Source: Cytophagales bacterium
Lineage (GTDB): Bacteria > Bacteroidota > Bacteroidia > Cytophagales > UBA9547
NCBI GenBank assembly: GCA_003476475.1
Contig: DMUD01000067.1
Location: 1 to 24,485, forward strand
DNA length: 24,485 bases
Direction of reading: 5' to 3'
In this document: in pieces, positions 8,840 through 17,568 of the stretch
Layout: every line of letters starts with the position of its first letter
Numbering within the stretch: the stretch's first letter is position 1
Notes under the pieces: model-generated
Told to the model about the DNA's origin: nothing
What the model saw: the letters and a program-made list of their open reading frames with translations, nothing else
The model's database searches: none
Program-made: the position numbers and the translations under genes

Positions 8840-9273
8840 GCATCGTATTTTTTGGGGGCATACAAAAAACCAAAGGCTTCGCACTCTTCCTTGGTCATTT
8901 TTTTGTGATGTATCTTGTGTGCCCTTATAATTCTTTTCATGTACTTGCTTTTGGCTACGTATTTTATGTGAATACGGCGATGCACAATGACGTCGTGAAA
9001 AATGAAATAAAACACACCATAGGCCGTAATGCCAATTCCGACCCAAACCAAAAAACCGATGGCGGGGTACGCTCTGCCAATTAAAATGGAAATAATGGCC
9101 GGAATTGAAAAAACAAGGCTGAACAAATCGTTTTTCTCGAAAAAACCTAATCGTGGGCGATGGTGAGACTCGTGCCAGTTCCACATAAAACCATGCATGA
9201 TGTATTTGTGCGAAAACCACGCAATAAATTCCATGGATAAGAAACTGGCAAGTACTATACTAAAGGGGACCAT
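8836..9273 (-). CDS. crtZ: Beta-carotene hydroxylase (fatty acid hydroxylase superfamily)
   Basis: His boxes HKYIMHG, WHESHH, HDVIVHRR and HKIHH, plus C-terminal AFGFLYAP; ends in TAG. Confidence 0.9.
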   Translation of the reverse strand: MVPFSIVLASFLSMEFIAWFSHKYIMHGFMWNWHESHHRPRLGFFEKNDLFSLVFSIPAIISILIGRAYPAIGFLVWVGIGITAYGVFYFIFHDVIVHRRIHIKYVAKSKYMKRIIRAHKIHHKKMTKEECEAFGFLYAPKKYDA

Positions 9274-9281
9274 TGGGTAAA

Positions 9282-10130
9282 TTATAATTTAAGCAATTCA
9301 TCTTTTACTTGCTCCATCAGCCACATGGGAGTGGAAGTGGCGCCACAAATGCCAACATTTTCGCCTGTAGAGAAGCTTGCGGAGTAAAGCTCGTTTACTT
9401 CCGAAATAAAAATAGTGTTGGGGTTAGTTTCTTTGCACACATTGTACAACACCTTCCCATTAGAAGATTTTTTGCCCGACACAAACACTACTTTATCATA
9501 TTTCGAGGCAAAGGTACGCAAGTCTTTATCTCGATTGGAAACTTGCCTGCAAATGGTATCGTTCACTTCTACTTCAATTCCAGAGGCTTGCAAACGGTTT
9601 GAAATAGTGTAGAAACTGTCGGTGCTTTTAGTTGTTTGGCTGAAAAGAGAAATTTTTTTGGGCATGGTGGCCACATCCAATTCCTCCCAACTTTCAAAAA
9701 CCACCGCCTCGTCGTTGGCTTGCGCCGAAAGACCAATGACTTCGGCATGCCCCCTTTTGCCGTAAATGTACAATGGTTCTTTCTTATCGTATGAGTTTTT
9801 TATCCTGTTTTGAAGCTTTAGCACCACAGGACAAGAAGCGTCTATCAATTCTATGTTTTTTTCCAAAGCTGTTTTGTAGGTGGAGGCCGGTTCGCCATGC
9901 GCTCTTATCAAAACCTTGCAATTGGACAGCTGCGAAAAACGGTGGAGGTCGATAATCTCAAGACCTTTGGCTTGCAGCCTTTTCACCTCTTCGTCGTTGT
10001 GCACAATGTCGCCTAAACAATAAAGTTGGCCTTCCTCGTCCAATATCTCTTCGGCCATTTCAATGGCATACACTACTCCAAAACAAAAACCCGAGTTGGG
10101 ATCAATGGTGATGTGTAGGTTTAGCGACAT
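9282..10130 (-). CDS. ispH: 4-hydroxy-3-methylbut-2-enyl diphosphate reductase
   Basis: Three Fe-S cysteines (GFCFGV, DASCPVV, DTICRQV), plus IVHN, AHG, SSN and GATSTP motifs. Confidence 0.96.
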   Translation of the reverse strand: MSLNLHITIDPNSGFCFGVVYAIEMAEEILDEEGQLYCLGDIVHNDEEVKRLQAKGLEIIDLHRFSQLSNCKVLIRAHGEPASTYKTALEKNIELIDASCPVVLKLQNRIKNSYDKKEPLYIYGKRGHAEVIGLSAQANDEAVVFESWEELDVATMPKKISLFSQTTKSTDSFYTISNRLQASGIEVEVNDTICRQVSNRDKDLRTFASKYDKVVFVSGKKSSNGKVLYNVCKETNPNTIFISEVNELYSASFSTGENVGICGATSTPMWLMEQVKDELLKL

Positions 10131-10809
10131 AATTGTTTGGTTTATTCTTTTTTAACCACAAAAAAGACCAAAGGTTTGGCAAAAACAGCAAGAACGAATA
10201 TGCAAAGTCCTCTATCGGAATGGTACCCACCCTCATGCCCAGATTTTCGGCATTGTTGTAAATGACCACTGGCCAAGATGTCAATACCCCATTCACAATG
10301 AAGAATGGGATTAAATGTAATAAAAAAGCCAACCAAAATTGCCCCAATATTTGATTATTTAGACGCAAGACTGCTACAAGCATCAACAGGGCTCCCAATC
10401 CGAAATTGACAGAAGTGTATAATCTGTCAAAAAAAGAGACCGCCAAACCCCCCAACACAATCGCAAAAAACAAAGCGATTGGTTTGGCCAAACGATAAAA
10501 CCAATTGGGCTGCCCAAAAACCCCCACACATTCGTAAATGAAAATGCAGGCAAAAGGAGTAACAAGAAAAAACAAATATTCTTCAATAGGAAGGCCCCAA
10601 AAGCGAAATGGCATCACATACAAGGGATTGAACTGCCAAACACCCCAACGTGTGAAAAAAATATCCCATATTACAAAAAAAGTGCCTACTACAAACAATC
10701 CTGGTATGGTATGTTTCCAATATTGGCTGTATGAATACCTTTTGTTGAAAGAAAGGGCAATGATGGGAACAATAGTAAACAAATTGAGAATGAGGTATGT
10801 AAACTGCAT
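10102..10809 (-). CDS. Membrane lycopene cyclase domain protein (fused CrtYc/d type)
   Basis: Two repeated hydrophobic modules ending in LPIEEYLFF and IPIEDFAY, with WD...GVW and NGVLT motifs. Probable start is ATG at 10809 (MQFTYL), downstream of the preceding gene's stop. Confidence 0.88.
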   Translation of the reverse strand: MQFTYLILNLFTIVPIIALSFNKRYSYSQYWKHTIPGLFVVGTFFVIWDIFFTRWGVWQFNPLYVMPFRFWGLPIEEYLFFLVTPFACIFIYECVGVFGQPNWFYRLAKPIALFFAIVLGGLAVSFFDRLYTSVNFGLGALLMLVAVLRLNNQILGQFWLAFLLHLIPFFIVNGVLTSWPVVIYNNAENLGMRVGTIPIEDFAYSFLLFLPNLWSFLWLKKNKPNNYVAKPTHHH

Positions 10810-10838
10810 AAACAGAAAACTATCAAAATAGCGAATTG

Positions 10839-11546
10839 TTATTTTTTCATTAATCCGTTCAAGGTATCGTCTATGTATTTGGGGTCGTAATAGCCAATCA
10901 TACGCAAGGCTTGCGTACCATTTTTGTACCAAATCAAAGTAGGCACTTCGTCTATTTTATATTGCTGTGCAATAATGGGGTTCTCGTCCACGTCTATCAT
11001 GACCACCTTCACCTCTTGGCTTCTTTTTTTGCCAAAACTTTCTAGTTCGGGCGAAAGTTTGCGACAAGGGCCGCACCATTTGGCCGAAAAATCGACCAAA
11101 ACAATGGTTTGGGAGCGAATTAGTTCCTCATATTTTTCTAGAGACATCCCCTTGGTTGCCACTGTCTTCACTTTTTCAACTGCTTTGCCTTCCTTTTCCC
11201 AGTTCAGCATGCCACCGTCTAGCGAATACACATTTTTGAACCCATTTTTTTTGAAAAGAGCCAGGGCGTCGCTACTTCTTTTGCCTCGCTGACAATACAA
11301 AAAGTATGTTTTCGATTTGTCCAGTTTTTGTATTTCGGCTTCAAATTGTGGGGAATAAAAATCCATATTGCTTGCCGAAGGAAGATGCGCCGCCGAAAAC
11401 TCCTCGCCTGTGCGCACATCGAGCAAAACCCCATTTTCAGTCTGCATTTTCTTTTCAAATTCACTAGGCGGAAGAAGTCCTTGACCTTCGCCATGAGTGC
11501 ATGCAAACAATAGAAAATAATGAAACAAAATGAATAGGTAGCGCAT
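10839..11546 (-). CDS. Predicted lipoprotein with rhodanese-like and thioredoxin domains
   Basis: Lipobox LLFA-C; rhodanese motifs LLDVRT..EF..AHLP and LYCQRGKRS...LDGGMLNW; thioredoxin motif VDFSAKWCGPC and cis-Pro VPTL. Confidence 0.88.
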   Translation of the reverse strand: MRYLFILFHYFLLFACTHGEGQGLLPPSEFEKKMQTENGVLLDVRTGEEFSAAHLPSASNMDFYSPQFEAEIQKLDKSKTYFLYCQRGKRSSDALALFKKNGFKNVYSLDGGMLNWEKEGKAVEKVKTVATKGMSLEKYEELIRSQTIVLVDFSAKWCGPCRKLSPELESFGKKRSQEVKVVMIDVDENPIIAQQYKIDEVPTLIWYKNGTQALRMIGYYDPKYIDDTLNGLMKK

Positions 11547-11751
11547 AGTGTGGTATTATTTTTCTGACAAAAATGCACTTAAATTGTTGATGATGAAAGC
11601 ACAGCAATACAATTTGAATGGAATTATGAAAATGTGGCCATTACGCATAATTATTGGAACCTAATGAGCAAAAACGGAATGCTGAAGTAATTGCCCACGG
11701 CTTGTTTTTCCTATTTCTGAGCAAGCTTCGGGAAAATGGCATTATTCCTCG

Positions 11752-11759
11752 TAAGTTTG
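11752..11759 (+). promoter_or_regulatory. -7 element TAAGTTTG for ilvA
   Basis: Exact TAnnTTTG match 16 nt upstream of the ilvA ATG. TTCG at 11727-11730 is at -33-like spacing. Confidence 0.55.
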
Positions 11760-11775
11760 AGTTTATTTTTGCAGG

Positions 11776-13026
11776 ATGAATGCAACCCTATCAGTTGAAG
11801 AAATAGTAAAGGCAAGTGCTCGCTTGCACGGGGCTATTTTTCATACACCCATACAACTAAACCTAAACCTATCGGAAAGGTATGGTTGCAATGTGTACCT
11901 AAAACGCGAGGATTTACAAAATGTGCGTTCATACAAAATTCGTGGTGCCTACAATTTTATTAGCAGCCAAACACCCGAAGCTCTTTCTAAAGGAGTAGTG
12001 TGCGCCAGTGCTGGCAACCACGCACAAGGGGTGGCCCTTTCTTGCCAAAAGCTGAAAATAGTGGGCAAAATATTCATGCCCAACACCACCCCCAAACAGA
12101 AAGTGAAACAAGTGCGCATGTTTGGGAAAGAATGGATAGAAGTCATTTTGATTGGCGACACTTTCGATGATTCCTACAACGAGGCCTTGCAGTATTGCCA
12201 AAAACAAGGCATGTTGTTCATTCATCCCTTCAACGACTACAAAGTGATGGCGGGGCAAGGCACCGTAGGTTTGGAAATTCTGAATGACATGGACGTGCCC
12301 ATCGACTATTTGTTTTTGCCTGTGGGTGGCGGGGGTCTAGCAGCCGGCGTAAGCACCTATTTTCATGAAAAAAGTCCCAGCACCAAACTGATAGGCGTAG
12401 AACCCGCCGGAGCACCCAGTATGGAAAAGTCTATCAAGGCGGGAAGATTGGTCATGCTAGACAAAATAGACAAGTTTGTGGATGGTGCGGCCGTAAAAAG
12501 TGTAGGCGAAAAGACTTTTGCCATTTGCAAAGAATTGCTTGAAGACATAGTCTTGGTGCCCGAAGGAAAGGTTTGTAGCACTATTTTAAAACTGTATAAC
12601 GAAGAAGCCATCGTGGTGGAACCGGCTGGCTCCTTGGCTATTGCGGCTTTAGATTTTTACGAAGACGAAATAAAAGGCAAAAACGTAGTGTGTGTGGTAA
12701 GCGGTAGCAACAACGATATAGCACGCACACAAGAAATAATAGAAAGGTCGCTTATATACGAGGGGCTAAAGCATTACTTTATCGTCGATTTTCCGCAGCG
12801 GGCTGGCGCTTTGAAAGAGTTTGTAAACGAAGTATTGGGCCCCAACGACGATATTACGCGTTTTGAATACGTGAAAAAAACTAATCGTGAGGAAGGGCCA
12901 GCCATAGTGGGTATCGAGCTCAAAGACCAAAACGACTACGAACTCTTGGTAGACCGTATGAACAATAAAGGCTTTCGTAATATACACATCAACGAAGACC
13001 CCACGCTTTTCAACTACATTATCTAA
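11776..13026 (+). CDS. ilvA: Threonine ammonia-lyase (short form, single ACT domain)
   Basis: PLP-lysine motif KREDLQNVRSYKIRGA, plus SAGNHAQG, GGGGLAAG, VEPAG and C-terminal FPQRAGALKEF. Confidence 0.96.
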   Translation: MNATLSVEEIVKASARLHGAIFHTPIQLNLNLSERYGCNVYLKREDLQNVRSYKIRGAYNFISSQTPEALSKGVVCASAGNHAQGVALSCQKLKIVGKIFMPNTTPKQKVKQVRMFGKEWIEVILIGDTFDDSYNEALQYCQKQGMLFIHPFNDYKVMAGQGTVGLEILNDMDVPIDYLFLPVGGGGLAAGVSTYFHEKSPSTKLIGVEPAGAPSMEKSIKAGRLVMLDKIDKFVDGAAVKSVGEKTFAICKELLEDIVLVPEGKVCSTILKLYNEEAIVVEPAGSLAIAALDFYEDEIKGKNVVCVVSGSNNDIARTQEIIERSLIYEGLKHYFIVDFPQRAGALKEFVNEVLGPNDDITRFEYVKKTNREEGPAIVGIELKDQNDYELLVDRMNNKGFRNIHINEDPTLFNYII

Positions 13027-13046
13027 AACCGTTAAGCTGCCCAAAA

Positions 13047-13712
13047 ATGTGGCTCAAAAATTTCATTAAATCAAATCTTTTCTTTTTCCTTCCTTTTTTT
13101 GCACTTGTGGCAACAGGAGGCATATTGCTGAATGAGTACAGTAAAGAAGTATTGCTTTTGTCCGTAAACTCGCGTTTTTCGGCATTCGGCGATGTTTTCT
13201 TTCGCTACTATACACACATGGGCGATGGAGTTACCTACCTTATTTTTGGCGTTTTGATATTTGTTTTCGTTTCGAAATACAAAGGAATGCTGATGATTGC
13301 TTGTTACGCGTCTACCTCTATTCCTGTACAAATCATCAAACGGTTTGCTTTTGAAGAAAACCATAGACCAAGAGCCCATTTTTGGTTCGACTCGCATAGG
13401 TTGCATTTCCCCGAAGGAGTCGAAGTACTGGTTTCGCATAGTTTTCCCAGCGGACACTCTGCTACTGCGTTTTCTATGTTCTTGTTATTTTCTTACTTCA
13501 AAAAAGACAAAACATTGTCGCTTTTGTGTTTTATAATGGCCGTATTGGTGGCTTATTCGCGCATGTACTTGGCAGCCCATTTTTTTGCCGATGTGTATGG
13601 TGGGGCACTGATTTCGGTTTGCATTACCTTAGTAGTTGTGTACTTTTTTGAAAAAAAATTCAAATTTTCTGAAAAAGAGCAGCTTGAAAAAGGGTTACTC
13701 AACATCAGATAA
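13047..13712 (+). CDS. PAP2-family membrane phosphatase
   Basis: RP, SFPSGHS and SRMYLAAHF..DV motifs; multiple TM segments. Confidence 0.9.
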   Translation: MWLKNFIKSNLFFFLPFFALVATGGILLNEYSKEVLLLSVNSRFSAFGDVFFRYYTHMGDGVTYLIFGVLIFVFVSKYKGMLMIACYASTSIPVQIIKRFAFEENHRPRAHFWFDSHRLHFPEGVEVLVSHSFPSGHSATAFSMFLLFSYFKKDKTLSLLCFIMAVLVAYSRMYLAAHFFADVYGGALISVCITLVVVYFFEKKFKFSEKEQLEKGLLNIR

Positions 13713-13761
13713 AAACCTCGCGTTTTCCATCTTCTAAAGCGCCTATTTCGTACAATTACAC

Positions 13762-14967
13762 ATGTTTACCATAGGCATACTACGAGAAACCCGCATACCC
13801 GCCGACAGCCGAGTAGCCATTACGCCCATGCTATGCCTGGAGCTTTCAAGAACCTACCACATCAGATTTTTGGTTCAACCCTCGCCTTTTAGAATTTTCA
13901 AAGACGAAGAATACCGCAGTTTGGGAATAGAAATATGCGAAGACTTGAGCAGCTGTGATGTGCTTTTCGGGGTAAAAGAAGTGAACCCCGAAACCCTCAT
14001 CGCCCACAAAAAGTATTTTTTCTTTTCACATACTGCCAAAAAACAACCTCACAATCGCAAGCTACTTCAAACCATCATTGAAAAGAAAATCACGCTTATA
14101 GATTACGAAGAAATAAGAGACATATACCAAAAAAGATTGGTCGCATTCGGTCATTTTGCCGGTTTGGTAGGCGCCTACAATGCCCTTTTGCACTACGGGA
14201 AAAAACAAGAACTATATGCTTTGAAACCAGCACACCAGTGCTATGATTTGAAAGAAATGGTAAAGGAGTTGCAAAAATTGAAATTGCCTCCAATCAAAAT
14301 AGTGCTTACTGGCAGTGGCAGAGTAGGAAGCAGTGCCCGCGAAATACTACAACATGCCGAAATAGAAGAAGTGAATACTACCGATTTTATCTCAAAAAAA
14401 TTTGACAAGCCCGTTTTCTGTCAACTAAAATCAAAAGATTTTATGCGAAGAAAAGATGGTGCGCCGTGGAATTCTGCCCACTTTCACCAGTTTCCAGAGC
14501 AGTATGAGTCTTTTTTCCTGTCTTATGCCAAAGTAGCCGACCTGCTTGTTGCGGGTGCCTTCTGGAACCCGGCCGCTCCTGCTCTTTTTTCGAAAAAAGA
14601 CATGCTTTCTTCCGATTTCAACATTCGGATGGTGGCCGACATCACTTGCGACATCCACGGCTCCATCCCGTGCACTGTCAAAACCTCCAGTATTCCCGAC
14701 CCTGTGTACGACTACAATCCGCAAACCGATGAAGTTGAACCACCTTATTCCAAATCGGGAAATATTACAGTAATGGCGGTCGATAACTTGCCATGCGAAC
14801 TGCCCCGCGATGCTTCCGAGTCTTTCGCACGCCAACTTAGCCAACACGTTTTTTATAATCTGATTGTAGAAGACAAAGACTTTATTCTGAATCAAGCCAC
14901 GATTGTGAAGGAAGGCAAACTGACCATCAAATACGCTTATTTGTCAGATTACGTATTGGGTACCTAA
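13762..14967 (+). CDS. AlaDH/PNT-fold NAD(P)-dependent oxidoreductase, lysine-ketoglutarate reductase / saccharopine dehydrogenase-like
   Basis: GILRE...DSRVAITP, DVLFGVKEV, FFFSHTAKKQPHN, LIDYE, TGSGRVG, DITCDIHGS and MAVDNLPCELPRDAS. Confidence 0.82.
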   Translation: MFTIGILRETRIPADSRVAITPMLCLELSRTYHIRFLVQPSPFRIFKDEEYRSLGIEICEDLSSCDVLFGVKEVNPETLIAHKKYFFFSHTAKKQPHNRKLLQTIIEKKITLIDYEEIRDIYQKRLVAFGHFAGLVGAYNALLHYGKKQELYALKPAHQCYDLKEMVKELQKLKLPPIKIVLTGSGRVGSSAREILQHAEIEEVNTTDFISKKFDKPVFCQLKSKDFMRRKDGAPWNSAHFHQFPEQYESFFLSYAKVADLLVAGAFWNPAAPALFSKKDMLSSDFNIRMVADITCDIHGSIPCTVKTSSIPDPVYDYNPQTDEVEPPYSKSGNITVMAVDNLPCELPRDASESFARQLSQHVFYNLIVEDKDFILNQATIVKEGKLTIKYAYLSDYVLGT

Positions 14968-16862
14968 TCCGATTCGCTCAACTCCAACCAACGTAGCGTT
15001 TTTGCGTCTATTTCAATCCCTAATCGTTCTATTTCGGCTGCCCAATCGTTCAGGTCTTGGTGGGAACCGCCACTGCTTAATAACTCGGTCAACTTTGCCT
15101 TGCGCGCTTCCAACATGGGCAGCTCCTTTTCAATGTTTTCAAACTCCTGTTTTTCTTTGAAAGTGCGTTTCTTTTGCGAAGTCGTACTTTGTGCGTTTTG
15201 GGTGGTAGGTGGTTTTTTGGGGCCAGCTTCCAGCTTTTCCACGTTTTTACCCGACAACTGAGTATTGTTCGCTGCTAACTGTTCCCTGTATTCGGTATAG
15301 TTGCCCGGAAAATCTTTGATTTTGCCTTCTCCCTCAAAAACAAAAATATGTTCTACCAACCTGTCCATAAAATAGCGGTCGTGCGAAACTAGCAACAGAC
15401 AACCATTGAATTGCATCAGGAATTCTTCCAATATGTTCAACGATTCAATGTCAAAATCGTTTGTGGGCTCATCGAGGACCAAAAAATTGGGGTTTCGAAT
15501 TAGCACTTTTAGCAATTGTAGCCTTCGTTTTTCGCCACCACTAAGTTTGCTCACGAAGTTGTACTGCATGGCAGGGCTGAACAAAAAATGTTCCAGCAAT
15601 TTGGAAGCCGAAATCGTTTCTCCGCTACTGGTCACAATATGTTCGGCTATTTCTCTTACCACTTCTATTACGCGTTTGTCTTCGGCAAGCGGTGCTTCTT
15701 CTTGTGAATAGTGTCCAAAAATGGTGGTTTGTCCGGGTTGCACATGTCCCGAATCGGGCTTTGTTTTTCCAAGCAATAGCTGAAGAAAAGTTGTTTTACC
15801 TATTCCATTTTTACCTACAATTCCAATACGATCGCCCTTACGAAAAACATATTCAAAATTGTCGATGATTTTTTGGCCTTGATAGCTTTTGCTTATGTGG
15901 TGTACTTCCAACACCTTGCCACCTTGGCGCGAGGTACCCAAATTCAAATCAAGCTTATCGATATTGCGTTTCTGGCTGGCTTTTTCTTGTATTTCATAAA
16001 AGGCATCGACACGGTATTTGGCCTTGGTGCCGCGTGCTTTGGGTTGTCGGCGCATCCACTCCAACTCCTTTCGCATCAAATTTCTTGCCTTCTCCACTTC
16101 CATATCTTTGACATACTCGCGTTCGGCTTTTTTCTCTAAAAAGTAGGCATAATTTCCTTTGTATCGATACAGCTGCCCGTTGTCCAATTCCACCACTTCG
16201 TTGGCTACGTTGTCTAGAAAATATCGGTCGTGGGTCACGATGAGTACGGTTTGAAAGCGCTCGTGGATGATATTTTCCAACCATTCGATAGTTTCCAAGT
16301 CCAAGTGGTTGGTAGGCTCGTCCAAAATGAGGAGGTCTGGTTCGGCAATGAGCACCCGCGCCATGGCTACGCGCTTGCGCTGTCCGCCCGAAAGTTGGCT
16401 CATCAATCGGTTTTGCATGGGACCTATGCCCAACTTGCCAATAATCTGTTTTATTTTGACTTCATAATCCCATGCTTTTAGGTCTTCCATCTTTTGCATG
16501 AGGCCTTGAAGGCGTTCGTGGTAAGCATCATTGTCTTCAGGATGCTCCAAACATTTTTCATATTCTTTGACCGTGGCCAACAAAGGGTTGTCTACCGAAA
16601 AAATATTGTCGTACACGTTTTTATCTTCCTCAAAAACAGGATTTTGTCCTAGAAAACCCACCCTTATACCCTTATTTACACTTACCGAACCACCGTCGGG
16701 GGAAACCAAACCTGAAAGAATGCCCATGAGGGTTGTTTTACCACAACCGTTTTTACCTACCAATGCGACTCTTTCTCCTTCGCCAATGCCAAAAGACAAA
16801 TTGCGAAAGAGCCACTTTTCGTCGTAGCTTTTAGAAATGTTTTCGGCCGATAGGTAGTTCAT
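14964..16862 (-). CDS. ABC-F family ATPase (Uup-like)
   Basis: Two NBDs (GKNGCGKT/LSGGQ/LDEPTNHLD and GKNGIGKT/LSGGEKRR/LDEPTND), an RRQPKARGTK linker, a C-terminal coiled coil and no TM domain. Probable start is ATG at 16862. Confidence 0.93.
   Translation of the reverse strand: MNYLSAENISKSYDEKWLFRNLSFGIGEGERVALVGKNGCGKTTLMGILSGLVSPDGGSVSVNKGIRVGFLGQNPVFEEDKNVYDNIFSVDNPLLATVKEYEKCLEHPEDNDAYHERLQGLMQKMEDLKAWDYEVKIKQIIGKLGIGPMQNRLMSQLSGGQRKRVAMARVLIAEPDLLILDEPTNHLDLETIEWLENIIHERFQTVLIVTHDRYFLDNVANEVVELDNGQLYRYKGNYAYFLEKKAEREYVKDMEVEKARNLMRKELEWMRRQPKARGTKAKYRVDAFYEIQEKASQKRNIDKLDLNLGTSRQGGKVLEVHHISKSYQGQKIIDNFEYVFRKGDRIGIVGKNGIGKTTFLQLLLGKTKPDSGHVQPGQTTIFGHYSQEEAPLAEDKRVIEVVREIAEHIVTSSGETISASKLLEHFLFSPAMQYNFVSKLSGGEKRRLQLLKVLIRNPNFLVLDEPTNDFDIESLNILEEFLMQFNGCLLLVSHDRYFMDRLVEHIFVFEGEGKIKDFPGNYTEYREQLAANNTQLSGKNVEKLEAGPKKPPTTQNAQSTTSQKKRTFKEKQEFENIEKELPMLEARKAKLTELLSSGGSHQDLNDWAAEIERLGIEIDAKTLRWLELSESD
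15182..15216 (+). repeat. Degenerate 7-nt tandem array inside the ABC-F linker
   Basis: TCGTACT TTGTGCG TTTTGGG TGGTAGG TGGTTTT: T at positions 1 and 4 in all units. TTGTGCG is identical to a unit of the 20649-20701 hairpin. Confidence 0.35.
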
Positions 16863-16951
16863 GAACACAAAACGTTAAAAGAATAAAAATATATGATTAA
16901 ATTTTCTAGAAAAGCACTCCAAACATGGTAGAACAGATGGGATAAGAAAAC

Positions 16952-17554
16952 TCAGTCTTCTTTGTACAATAACTTGTATCCCACACTTAATACTATTTGC
17001 TGAATCGTTTCATTGGGGCTCGAAGTGGTTTTTCTTTTCACGCTATTCATGCCCATTTTGTATCGCAAATCAACCGAAATGCGTTTGAAATCGACACCCG
17101 TTCCAAGTACAAATGATCCTGTTCCCGACCGAATAGATGAACTATTGCGCGGATTGAAGAGATCTTCGCCGTCGTTTTTGAAACTGTTGAAAAAAATTAG
17201 TTCGGGGCCCACAAACAAACGAACAGATCCATTTTTACTTTTAAACACATAACCACCCAACAAAACAGGAACATCAAAGGAAGTAAAAGACACCTTGTTT
17301 TTGTCGGTATCTTTTTGGTATGTGGTTTGATTGGCGTATTTGAATTCGGGTTGAAAATAAAGCCTGCCTGTTTTCAAACGGGCAAAGAATCCAAATCCGT
17401 TTCCAAATCCCATGCTGTATGACCTTTTGGCCACATCGGTTTGCATAGTAGTCAAAATCGCTTCTCCTTTTAAACCAAGCGCATAGCCAATTTTAACTTG
17501 GGCTTTGGCCGCAAAAGCCGTTACGAAAAATGATAATAAATAAATTTTTTTCAT
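16952..17554 (-). CDS. Outer-membrane beta-barrel (porin-family) protein
   Basis: Signal peptide ending AKA-Q, alternating beta strands (LYFQPE, FDVPVLLG, VRLFVGP, VDLRY) and a terminal strand LSVGYKL. Confidence 0.8.
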   Translation of the reverse strand: MKKIYLLSFFVTAFAAKAQVKIGYALGLKGEAILTTMQTDVAKRSYSMGFGNGFGFFARLKTGRLYFQPEFKYANQTTYQKDTDKNKVSFTSFDVPVLLGGYVFKSKNGSVRLFVGPELIFFNSFKNDGEDLFNPRNSSSIRSGTGSFVLGTGVDFKRISVDLRYKMGMNSVKRKTTSSPNETIQQIVLSVGYKLLYKED

Positions 17555-17568
17555 GTTTTTTGTGTCTA

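Noticed and set aside
16902-16913. Perfect 12-bp palindrome TTTTCTAGAAAA upstream of the ABC-F gene
   Set aside because: It is low-complexity and AT-rich, has no second copy and has no nearby regulator.
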